From: an uncultured Chloroflexia bacterium | GTDB taxonomy: Bacteria > Chloroflexota > Limnocylindria > Limnocylindrales > CSP1-4 | Assembly: GCA_963763775.1 (NCBI GenBank) | Contig: CAVXPZ010000001.1 | Span: 256,001 to 320,000, forward strand | Length of the DNA stretch: 64,000 nucleotides | Direction of reading: 5' to 3' | In this document: positions 10,349 through 20,764 of the stretch, piece by piece | Layout: every line of letters starts with the position of its first letter | Numbering within the stretch: position 1 is the stretch's first letter | Made by a program: the position numbers and the translations under genes | The notes under the pieces: generated by a model | The model's input: only the letters and a program-made list of their open reading frames with translations | Database searches by the model: none | What the model was told of the DNA's origin: nothing

Positions 10349-12574
10349 CCGGAGACCGGCCGCGCGTCGCCGTGGGCGTGTCCGGCACCGGCTCGAACCT
10401 GCGAGCCCTGGCCGCGGCGGCCGGACGCGGCGAGCTCGGCGGCGACCTCGCGCTCGTGTTCGCGGATCGCGAGTGTCCGGCCCTGGCGTGGGCGGCGGAG
10501 CAGGGGATCGAGACGGCCCTGATCCCCGGCGGCGACGACGCGACCATCGCGGACGCGCTCGCCGGTGTCGCGCCCGACGCGGTCGTCCTCGCCGGGTACA
10601 TGCGGCTCATCGGGCCGGCGGTGCTCGCCGCCTACCCAGGCCGGATCCTCAACACGCATCCGAGCCTGCTGCCGGCGTTCCCGGGCGCGCACGCGGTTCG
10701 CGACGCGCTGGCGCACGGCGCGACCGTGACCGGCTGCACGGTCCATCTCGTCGACGCGACGCTCGACGGTGGGCCGATCGTGGCCCAGGAGGCGGTTCCC
10801 GTCGCCCCGGACGACGATGTCGCGAGCCTCCACGCCCGGATCCAGGCCGTCGAGCACCGGCTGCTGCCGCGGGCCGTCTCGCTGCTGCTGGCGGACGCCC
10901 TGCAGGTCGCCGACGACGGCCGCCGCGTCGTCATCGACCTGTCGCGAGCGGACGTCCGGGTCCCGGTCCCGCGGCGGGCGCTCCTCTCGGTCTCGGACAA
11001 GAGCGGGCTGGCGGACCTGGGCCGCGGCCTCGTCGCCCGCGGCTATCGAGCTCGTGTCCACGGGCGGCACGGCGCGGACGCTGCGCGACGCCGGTCTGCC
11101 CGTGACCGATGTCGCGTCGGTGACCGGGTTCCCGGAGATGCTCGACGGCCGGGTGAAGACGTTGCACCCACGGATCCATGCCGGCTTGCTCGCGGATCGG
11201 CGCCTCGAGGAGCATCGACGCCAGCTGCTCGCGGCCGCCATCGCGCCGTTCGACATCGTGGTCGTGAACCTGTACCCGTTCGCGGCGGCGCTCGAGCGGC
11301 CCGGCATCACCATCGACGAGCTGATCGAGGAGATCGACATCGGGGGCCCGTCGATGGTCCGGGCGGCGGCGAAGAACCACGCCAACGTCGCGATCGTGAC
11401 GTCGCCGGATCGCTACGACGACCTGCTGGCCGCCATCGATGCCGACGGCGGTCCCGGCGAGGGACTCCGCCGCCAGCTCGCCTTGGACGCGTTCGCGCAC
11501 ACCGCGGCCTACGACGCCAGGATCGCGGCGGAGCTCCCCGGCCGGATGGTCGGCGGCGGGTCTGCTGCCCGCCCCGGCCGACCCGTTCCCGTCGACACTG
11601 ACGCTGGCGCTCGAGAAGGTCGAGACGCTCCGCTATGGCGAGAATCCGCACCAGCCCGCCGCGCGATATCGCCGCCCGGGGACGACGCTCGCCGACGGGT
11701 TGTTCGGGGTGGAGCGGGCGCCGCTCCAGGGCAAGGCCCTCTCGTACAACAACGTCCTCGACGCGTCGGCGGCCTCGGCGCTCGGGCCGGGCGCTGCGCG
11801 GGCCGGGGGTCGTGATCGTGAAACACACGAACCCCTGTGGTGCCGCGGAGCGACCAACGCTGCTCGAGGCATGGTCGGCCGCGCTGGCATCCGACCCGGT
11901 GAGCGCGTTCGGGGGTGTGGTCGCGCTCACCCGCCCCGTCGACCGGGCCGTCGCCGAGGCCCTCGTCTCGATCTTCCTCGAGGTCGTGATCGCGCCCGCC
12001 GTGGACGACGACGCGCGGACCGTCCTCGCCTCCAAGCCCAATCTGCGCGTGCTCATCGACGAGGCGCTGGCCCAGGACGCGCCGGCCGGCCACCTGGACC
12101 CGACGGGCTCGATCCGGACCGCTGGCGGCACCTACCTCGTGAGCGTACCGGACGTCGCGACCGATGACGCCGACGCGTGGACGTGCGCCACACGACGTGT
12201 GCCGACCGACTGCGGAACTCCTCGACCTCGACCTCGCCTGGCGGCTGGTCCGAGGCGTGACGTCGAACGCGATCGTCCTCGTGAAGGACCGGCGCCTGGT
12301 CGGGATGGGGAGCGGCCAGACCTCGCGCGTCGACGCAGCCCGGCAGGCGGTCGCCAAGGCGCACGCGATGCTGGGGGCGAGCTCGACGCTCGGCGCCTCG
12401 TGCGGATCGGACGCCTTCTTCCCGTTCACCGATGCGGTGGAGGTCTGCCTGAGCGCCGGCGTCACGGCATTCGCCCAGCCCGGCGGGTCCATGCGCGACG
12501 CGGAGTCGATCGCCGTCGTGGACGCGGCAGGCGCCTCCATGGTCCTGACGGCGGTCCGCCACTTCCGGCATTGA
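10345..12574 (+). CDS. purN-purH: Fused GAR transformylase (PurN) and AICAR transformylase/IMP cyclohydrolase (PurH); apparent single-base insertions at ~11047, ~11551, ~11787, ~12211
   Basis: [26 protein letters not shown] (PurN) read in frame without a stop into [10 protein letters not shown] (PurH start); later frames give [55 protein letters not shown]. Confidence 0.9.
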
Positions 12575-12665
12575 TGGCCGGATCGCGCCAGCCGCCGATG
12601 GCACGATCGACCGGCTGCCCTCCACCGCGGTGCAGACCGCGATCGCGTGGGGGTATGGTCGCGCC

Positions 12666-14006
12666 GTGGTCTTCGCATCCCTCGCGGCGCTCGTCGCCGA
12701 GGCCGCCTTGTCGGCGGCGGTCAACGTCCGGTCCATGCAGCCCACGGCGGGAGACCGCCGCGTGACACGGCCCGGACCCGACGGCACGCCCCCGCGACTC
12801 TCGGTCCTGGTCCCGGCCTGGCAGTCGGCGGCCTCGATCGCCCAGGCGCTCGGCTCCGTGCTCGAGGAGACCTCGATCGCCCTGGAGTGCATCGTCGTCG
12901 ACGACGGCTCGACCGACGGGACGCCCGACGTCGTCGAGGCCATCGCCGCCCGCGACCCGCGCGTCGTCCTCATCCGCCTGGCCGAGAACGCCGGCGTCTC
13001 CGCGGCCCGGAACCGCGGCCTGGAGGTCGCTCGCGGGGAGTGGCTGGCCTTCCTCGACGCCGACGACCGGCTGCTGCCGGGAGCCATCGCGGCGCTCATG
13101 CGTCCCACCGCCGACCCGGCCGTGCGGGCGGTCGTCGGGCAGCGGATCTGGACCGACGGCGAGCGCCGCTGGCTCTCGCCGGTCTATGACGACCCGGATA
13201 TCCGCGAACCCGGCCGCAAGGCGATCGCCACGCATCCGGGCCTGCTCTTCTACGCCTCGGCGACGGGCAAGGCCTTCCACCGCTCGCTCGTCGACGGGCT
13301 GCGGTTCGAGGGCCGCGTCCTCGGCGACCAGCCGTGGACGATCCGGGCCCTGTTGCGCGCCGGCGACCGGATCGAGGTCATCGGCGACACGGTCTACGAG
13401 TGGCGGCGGCCCGCTCCGGGCACGCGCGGGGCCACGATCACCGCGGTCACCCGGGCCTCGGCGGCCCGGTCCATCGAGATCGCGGCGGTCGCCCGCACCG
13501 CGTTCGCCGAGGTGAGCGCGGAGGTCGACGCGCAGCTCCCGGACCCGGCGGCCCGGCTCGAGGTCAAGCGGGCGTACCTGGACCGGCTGATCCGGTCGGA
13601 CCTGGCGGTCCCGGTCACCGACGCGATCGACCGCCACGACCCGGCGACCGCCTCCCTGCTCCGGGAGGTGGGGCGCTTCCTGGCCTCGGTCCCCGCGCCG
13701 GTCCTCGCGCGGTCGACCCTGCTCGCGCGCCGGATCCTCCGGCCGCCGGTGGTCCGCTGGCGGTCGCTCGACCCCGGGGCGCGGTCCGCCTACTGGACGA
13801 TCCTCGACCGGGCCGCCGACGCCGATCCGACCGTCGGGCGACGGGTCGGCGGTCTCGCGCTGCGCCCCGCCTACGCGCTCGTCCGATCGGCTCGGCGCGC
13901 CGGTGGGGACGGCGATCGCCTCCGGCTGGTTCTGGGCAGGGTTCGACGGCGATCGCGATCGGCGGCCGGTTCCTCCGCCGCTGACGGGCCGGGCCGGCCC
14001 GCCTGA
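12666..14006 (+). CDS. Glycosyltransferase family 2; start uncertain (GTG 12666, ATG 12735 or GTG 12762); possible frameshift near 3' end
   Basis: LSVLVPAW, VVDDGSTDGT, NAGVSAARNRGL, FLDADD. Confidence 0.88.
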   Translation: MVFASLAALVAEAALSAAVNVRSMQPTAGDRRVTRPGPDGTPPRLSVLVPAWQSAASIAQALGSVLEETSIALECIVVDDGSTDGTPDVVEAIAARDPRVVLIRLAENAGVSAARNRGLEVARGEWLAFLDADDRLLPGAIAALMRPTADPAVRAVVGQRIWTDGERRWLSPVYDDPDIREPGRKAIATHPGLLFYASATGKAFHRSLVDGLRFEGRVLGDQPWTIRALLRAGDRIEVIGDTVYEWRRPAPGTRGATITAVTRASAARSIEIAAVARTAFAEVSAEVDAQLPDPAARLEVKRAYLDRLIRSDLAVPVTDAIDRHDPATASLLREVGRFLASVPAPVLARSTLLARRILRPPVVRWRSLDPGARSAYWTILDRAADADPTVGRRVGGLALRPAYALVRSARRAGGDGDRLRLVLGRVRRRSRSAAGSSAADGPGRPA

Positions 14007-14009
14007 CGG

Positions 14010-15168
14010 TCAGCCCAGGGCGTCCTGCAGGGCCGCGACGACTCGCGCGCGCCTGGCCTCGCCCAGGTCGGACGACGACGGCAGGCTGAACGCGACCGCG
14101 AAGACCGCCGGCCGCGACGTCGCCGCCGAGCCTGGGCGCGTCGCGGTACAGCCGGGTCAGGTGCAGCGGCGTCCAGATCGGCCGGCCCTCGATGCCGCAG
14201 GCGGCCAGGGCGCCGAGGACCGCGTCGCGGTCGAGCCGGGACACCGCCGGGTCGACGGCCGCCGTGTACAGCCAGAACGACGAGTCGGCCCACGTCGTCC
14301 GCGGCGCCGGCCGCAGCGCCGGGATGCCCGCGATCGCGGCGTCGTAGGCGGCGGCGTTCTCGCGACGGCCCGCGAGCAGGGCCGGCAGCTGCTCGAGCTG
14401 GGCCAGCCCGAGGGCGGCCGCCAGGTTCGAGAGCCGGTAGTTGTAGCCGACCTCGTCGTGGTCGTACGCCGGCCCGGGCAGGCGCGCCTGCGTCGAGAGG
14501 TGGCGCGCGCGCCGGGCGAGGCCCTCGTCGTCGGTGACGAGCATCCCGCCGCCGCCGGTCGTGATGAGCTTGTTGCCGTTGAAGCTGAAGCGCCGACGCG
14601 CCCGATCGTCCCGACGTGGCGGCCGTCGAGCGGCCCCGCCGACGTAGCGCGCGCCGAGGGCCTCGGTCGCGTCCTCGATGATCGCGACGCCGTGCCGCTC
14701 GGCGGCCTCGAGGACCGGCTCGAGGGCCGCCGGGATGGCCGAGCAGGTGCACGACCTCGATCGCCGCCGGCTGCCGGCGCCCGGTCCGCGCGCGCGCCGT
14801 CGAGCTCCGCGACGACGAGCGCCGGATCCAGGTTGTAGGTCTCCGCCTCCGAGTCGACGAGGACCGGGGTCGCGCCGACGTACTGCACCGGGTTCACCGA
14901 TGCGACGAAGGTGAGCGTGGGGACGAGCACCTCGTCGCCGGGGCCGACGTCGAGGACGCGCAGCGCCAGGTGGATCGCGGCCGTCCCCGACGAGCACGCG
15001 ACGGCGTACTTCGAGCCCACGGCCGCGGCGAACTCGCGTCTCGAACCGGCTGACGAACGGGCCCACCGACGAGACGAAGTTCGTCGCGAGGCACTCCTCG
15101 AGGTAGCGCGCGGCGTTGCCGCCGATGACGGGCTCGGCGAGGGCGATCCGCTCGTCAGAGCTGGACAC
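14010..15168 (-). CDS. legC: DegT/DnrJ-family sugar aminotransferase, LegC-like (several frameshifts)
   Basis: FVSSVGPFV, SSGTAAIHLAL, TLTFVAS, EDATEALG, FSFNGNKLITTGGGG, GYNYRLSNL across frames. Confidence 0.85.
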
Positions 15169-16155
15169 GGGTGGCCTCCGTCGGCGGGGTGGGCTGCGAC
15201 CGGAGCCAGTCGATCGTGGCGGCGATCCCGGCCTCGAGGCTCGTGGCCGCCGTCCATCCGAGCAGGTCGCGGGCGAGGGACGGGTCCGACTGGAGCGCCA
15301 TCACCTCGCGACGCGTCCGGTCGCAGGCGGTCGGGCGCCTCGACGACGCGTGGCGTGGTTGCCGGTGAGCTCGCAGGCGATGTCGAACAGGTCGCCGATC
15401 CGCTCGGTCCGGCCCGGTGCCCAGCTGGATGGTCCGCCCCTCGACGCCCGGCGCGGTCGCGGCGCGCACGAACCCGTCGACCGTGTCGGCGACGAAGGTG
15501 AGGTCGCGGCGCGTGTCGAGTCGGCCCAGCTGGATCTCGCGGCTGTCCGGCGAGGAGCTGGCGGAGCATCGTGGGGAGCACGGCCCGCTCCGACTGGCGC
15601 GGACCGTAGGTGTTGAACGGCCGCAGGACCGTCACCGGCAACCCGTGGCTGAGGTGGAACGCGATCGCCAGCTGGTCGGCGGCCACCTTCGACGCGGCAT
15701 ACGGCGACTGCGCCTGGAGCGGATGGGTCTCGCGGATCGGGAGCTCGGCCGGCGTGCCGTACACCTCGCTCGTCGAGGTCTCGATGACCCGCCGCGACAC
15801 CGCTCCGCCGCGCGGCCTCGAGGACGTTGAGCGTCCCGCGCACGTTCGTGTCGATGAACGATTCCGCCGCGACGTAGGAGTACGGGATGGCGATGAGCGC
15901 CGCGAGGTGGAAGACGATCTCGACGTCCTCGGTCGCCGCCTCCACGAACCGGGCGTCGCGGATGTCGCCGAGCCGGATGTCGAGGGCGGCGCGCGTCTCC
16001 GCGGCTGCCTCGTCGAGCCAGCCGGCCGATCCGCGGGAGTTGTAGATGCAGAAGGCCCGGACGCGGGCGCCCTCGGCCACGAGCCGCTCGACGAGGTGGC
16101 TCCCGATGAACCCGTCCGCGCCGGTGACGAGGACGGACGTGCCGCGCAGGCTCAC
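15155..16155 (-). CDS. legB: NAD-dependent nucleotide-sugar 4,6-dehydratase, LegB-like (frameshifted)
   Basis: VTGADGFIGSHL, FHLAALIAIPYSY, TSTSEVYGT, QSPYAASK, RPFNTYGPRQS. Confidence 0.85.
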
Positions 16156-17194
16156 TGGCCGCCCTCGCGCGCCAGCGCCAGGTGCTCACGCTGGCCGACG
16201 TCGACCCAGTCGTCCTCGACCTCGAAGGCGCCGACCGTCTGTCCGGCGGCGAGGACGCGTTCGATGACCTCCGGCATGGTCGTCCGGATGCCCGGCACCA
16301 CATGGTCGAGCGACCTCCGGCCCCAGCGCGTAGATCCCGGTGTTGACCTCTCGCGAGATCGTGGGCTTCTCGTCGATCGCGACCACGCGGTCGCCGTCAC
16401 GCTCGATGCATCCGAACGGCACGGTGTGGAGGTACCGCCGCGTGCCGATCGTCGCGGCGTACCCGCCGGCGGCGTGGGACTCGAGCAGCCGCCCGATGTC
16501 GACGGACGTGACGAGGTCGCCGTTGAGCAGCACCAGGGCGTCCGTCGGGCGTTCCGGCAGCAGACGCGAGCGCACCGGCGGTCCCGAGCGGCTCGCTCTC
16601 GCGCAGGTACTCGATCGAGATGCCCAGGGCGCTCCCGTCGCCGAAGTGGTCCTCGATGACGTGGGCGAGGTAGTTCACCGACAGGAAGACCCGGGTGATC
16701 CCGAAGCCGGTCAGATGCAGCACGATCCGCTCGAGGATCGGCCGTCCCGCGACGCGGAGCATCGGCTTGGGGACGGTGTCGGTCAGCGGGCGGAGTCGCG
16801 TCCCTTCGCCGCCCGCCATGATCACCGCCCAGTTCGGTCGCGATGCCGGCTCGAGGAAGGCGTGGAGGAGGTGCAGCGCGACCGGGCGCCCCTCGCCGTC
16901 GAGGACCGGGATCGCATCGATGCGACGGGCGCGCATGAGGTCCAGCGCCTCGACCCGGCCCTGGCCGGCCGGCATCGCGACGAAGGCCCGATTCAGCACG
17001 GCCTCGAGCGGCCCATCGAGCGAGGCGCCGCCGAGGAGCGCCCGACGCAGGTCGCCGTCGGTGACGACGCCGGTCAGCCGGCCGGCCTTGTCCACGGCCA
17101 GGGCGATCCCGCCCGCCCCGGCGTCGACCGCCTGCATGGCGGCGCGGATGGAGCCGGTCTGGGCGACGATGGCCCCTCGGAGCGTGTCAGCCAT
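16152..17194 (-). CDS. CBS-domain nucleotidyltransferase (PtmE/LegX-like, frameshifted)
   Basis: TDGDLRRALL (CBS), MAGGEGTRLRPLT..PKPML, PLGTAG, LNGD, WVDVG. Confidence 0.85.
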
Positions 17195-17847
17195 CGGCCA
17201 TGCCTCGGGCGCGGGCGGGCACGCCGACCACGGTCGCGCCGGGATCCACGTCGGCGACCACGACGGCCCCCATGCCGACCACGGCGCCACGGCCCGACGG
17301 TGATGTGGTCGCGGACCGTCGCGCCGAGCCCGACCAGCGCGTCCTCGCCGATCCTCGCCCCGCCGCCGATGACCGCGCCCGGAGCGACGTGCGTGCGGGC
17401 GCCGATCGTGACGTCGTGCTCGACCACCGCCCCGGAGTTGAGGATCGCGTGGGCCCCGATCCGAGCCCCGGCGTTCACGACGGCGCCCGCGAGGACGACC
17501 ACGCCGGGTTCGAGGACCGCCGACGGGGAGACCCAGGCGCGAGCGTGGACGACGGTCGCCCAATCGGCGCCGTCGCCGATGGTCGCGACGGCCGCGCGAC
17601 GGGCCGCGGGCGGGCCGCCGAACCCGAGGACGAGCGACGGGCGGGCGTCCGGGGTCATGGTCGCGAGCTGCGCCGCCAGCTCCGCGTCGTCGCCGAGCCG
17701 CGGGAGGCCGAGAGCCGCCCCGATGGGATCGGCGAGCGGGTCCGTGAAGCCGGTCAACCGCCAGACCTCGGGCCGGCTCAGCGCGGCATCGGCGACGACC
17801 CGCGCATGCTCGCCGGCCCCGATGAGGACGAGGTCGCGCGGGGTCAT
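17187..17847 (-). CDS. NeuD/PglD-family sugar N-acetyltransferase (LegH-like; frameshift ~17295)
   Basis: LIGAGEHARVV, hexapeptide repeats, NSGAVVEHD, VVGVPAR. Confidence 0.85.
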
Positions 17848-19030
17848 CCGGGCACGTGGATCGACGCCTTGCGGGGCGGTCTGGACGGTCGCCATGTCGC
17901 GATGATATGCGCCGCACGGGCGCCGGCTCGCCCGTCCGGGGCCTCCGGGTCCGGTGGCAGCGCGTGGCGGAACCCCGGGTCGAGGGCGCGGCGCAGGGCC
18001 GCCGTGATCGCCGCCGCATCGGGCGGCACGTCGATGACGTTGGGGCCGCGGCTCCGGCCCGCCTGGCGATCGCCGACGTTGACGACGGGCAGCCCGACGG
18101 CCGGGGCTTCGATGAGCCCGCTCGAACTGTTGCCGAGCATGGCGTCGGCGATGCGGAGGAGGCCCCAGTACCGCCGCTCGCCAAGCGCCTGGACCGCGAG
18201 CCGGTCGGACCGCCCCGCGACCGCGGCTTCGAGCGCGTCGCGGATCGCTGACGCGCCGGGGTCGACGTTCGGGAGCGTGACGACGTACGTCGCCTCGACC
18301 GCGTCCATCGCCGCCACCACGGCCGACACCGCGGCGGACGGGTCGGCGTCGAGCGTCGTCGGGTGGACCGTCACGATCACCACGGGCGCGTCGAGCGCGA
18401 TCCCGCAGCTCGCCGGCGAGCGTCGCCCGGTCCGGGAGATCGTCCCGGGCCACGCGCGTCGGTCCCGGGCGCGCCGACGACGTGCACGGTCGCCGGGTCC
18501 TCGCCCATCGCCACGACGCGGCGGCCATGCTCAGCGCTGCTGACGAGATGGAGGTGGCTGAGCTTCGTGATGGCGTGGCGGAGCGCGTCGTCGAACGCCC
18601 CGCGCGTCTCCTCGCCGCCATGGAGGTGGGCGATCGGGACGCGGTCGAGCGTGGCGGCGAGCGCCGCCGCGGCGGTCTCCAGCCGATCGCCGGCGAGGAC
18701 GAGCGCGTCGCTGTCGACGGTCCGGAGGTGGTGGCCGACCGCCCCGAGGGCGGCCGCGGCCTGCTGGTCGGCGGGCGGGTCGTCCGACTCGTCGAGCCAG
18801 GCGAGCTCCGCGGATGGCTCGAACCCATCGGCGCGGATGAGGTCGACCGTGTGGCCGTGCCGCCACGAGAGGTGCATACCGCCCGCCACGAGGTCGAGCC
18901 GGACACCCGGCTCGGCGAGGAGGCCGACGCACACCGAGCGGAGGATCCCCCAGTCCTGGCGACCGGTCGTCAGGACCGTGATGGTCCGGACCGCCGGACC
19001 GCCCGGCATCGGGTCCTCGGGTGCGGCCAT
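17844..19030 (-). CDS. neuC: Hydrolysing nucleotide-sugar 2-epimerase (NeuC/LegG; frameshifts ~18400-18460)
   Basis: TTGRQDWG, GMHLS, GDRLE, HLHGGE, RHAITKLSHLH, GNSSSG, NVGDRQ. Confidence 0.9.
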
Positions 19031-20764
19031 CAGCTGGCCTCGATGTCCGAGCCGCGGACCATCTGGCCGCCGCCGACGGGTGAGGCCGTCCGCCGGCCGA
19101 CGAGGTCGGTCGACCGGCCGGGAGCCAGGCCGGTTCCCGGTCGAAGCGCGACGAGGTCGTCGGGCCCGATCGTCGCCCCGGCGGCGAGATCGCGGCGCCA
19201 GTGGAGGCTCCGACGGGCCACGGCGGCCACATCCCGTTCGGCGTCCACGGGGCGCTTGCGACCGTCGCCGAGCGACGCTTCCGTCGAGCGGATCCCGGCC
19301 ACGAGCGCGCGAAACCCGTCGGGTTCCAGCGAGGCACGGTGGTCGGGCCCCGCGGCGTCGCGGTCGAGCGTGAGGTGCTTCTCGATGAGCGAGGCACCGA
19401 TCGCCACCGCGCCCAGGGCCGTCTCGATGCCCGGCGTGTGGTCCGACCAGCCGACGGGGACGCCGAACGCGCGTCGCAGGGTCTCGATCGCCCGCAGATT
19501 GGCATCAGCTGCCGCCGCGGGGTAGCTCGACACGCAGTGGAAGAGGCCCAGCGGCGGATCGCCGGCGGCGCGCACCGCGTCCACGGCCGCCGCGACCTCG
19601 ACCATGTCGGCCATGCCGGTCGAGATCAGCATGGGTCGGCCGCGCCCCGCGAGCCGTGTGATGAACGGCAGGTTGGTGAGCTCGCCCGATCCCACCTTGA
19701 ACGCCGGGACGTCGAGGGCGTCGAGCAGGTCCGCCGACCGGTCGTCGAACGGTGTCGAGAGGAACCCGATCCCGCGGTCGCGCGCATGGGCCTGGAGGGC
19801 GGACCAGGCATCGTCGGGCAGCGCCAGCCGGCGCAGCATCGCTCGCTGGTCCGCGGCCAGCTCCCCCGCGGCCTCCTGGTAGGCGGCCTTCGGCGCGCCG
19901 ACCGCGGCGAGGGCGTCCGGATCGAACGTCTGGAACTTGACGGCGTCGGCCCCGACGTCGGCCGCGGCGTCGACGAGCCGGTGGGCCGTCGCGACGTCCC
20001 CGTCGTGGTTGACCCCGGCCTCGGCGATGACGAACACCGCGACCTCGCCCGACGAGGCGGCCGCCGATCGGCACCGGGCGGACCGGCCGGGCCGCCAGGA
20101 GGCCCTCGGCGACGACCAGGTCGACCGGCTCGTCGACGTCGACCGACCGCTCGGGCGGGACGTCGAGTCCGATGGTCTCGCCGCCCGCCACGAATTGGCG
20201 GTTCGCCCGGAGGGCGGTGGCCCCGACCACGTAGAACGCCCCGGTGAGGAGCACGCCGTGCCCGGCGGCTCCCGCCACGTCGGTCAGGACGCCGTCCTCG
20301 CCGAGGCCCAGGTGCCACGCCGCGGGATGGCTGCGCGTCACGCTCGTGACCGACACGCCTCCCCCGGCCCGATGCCGCGAGACGGCCTGGACGACGTCCG
20401 CCGGGTCGGTCAACGGCGAGGTCGGCTGGAGGAGGACCAGGGTCTCGAACCGCTGGTCGCCCGCGGCTTCGATGGCGTCAAGCGCGTGGATCGCGACGTC
20501 GACCGAGGTCGCGTCCGCCGTCGCGAGCGCGGCCGGCCGTTCGAGCACGTCCGCGCCCCAGGCGCGGGCGGCGTCGGCGATCGCCTCGTCGTCGGTCGAG
20601 CAGACGATGCGATGCGGACCGTCGGGCACGGCCATCGCGACCGCTCGGGCGACGCGGACGGCCCGTCCCACGAGGGGGATCCCCCCGATCGGCGCGAGGT
20701 TCTTGCCGGGCACCCGCTGGCTGCCGCCACGAGCCGGCACCAGGAACAGGATCGCCCCGCTCAT
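19030..20764 (-). CDS. neuA-neuB: Apparent fusion of CMP-nonulosonate synthetase (NeuA/LegF) and nonulosonate synthase (NeuB/LegI), one frameshift at ~20045
   Basis: PARGGSQRVPGKN, LLQPTSP, SVDVD (NeuA) continue without stop into PIGGRLVG; next frame has VIAEAGVNHDG, KFQTF, STPFD, KVGSGE, HCVSSYP, SDHT, EKHLTLD, GPDH and an SAF tail. Confidence 0.85.

Noticed and set aside
3275-12574. Pseudogenisation or programmed frameshifting of pur genes
   Set aside because: Single-base indels occur throughout the window, with no consistent slippery sites and no other sign of decay; sequencing error is more parsimonious.
1-12574. Absence of purE/purK and of a purine riboswitch or operator
   Set aside because: The operon start lies outside the window, so absence cannot be judged.
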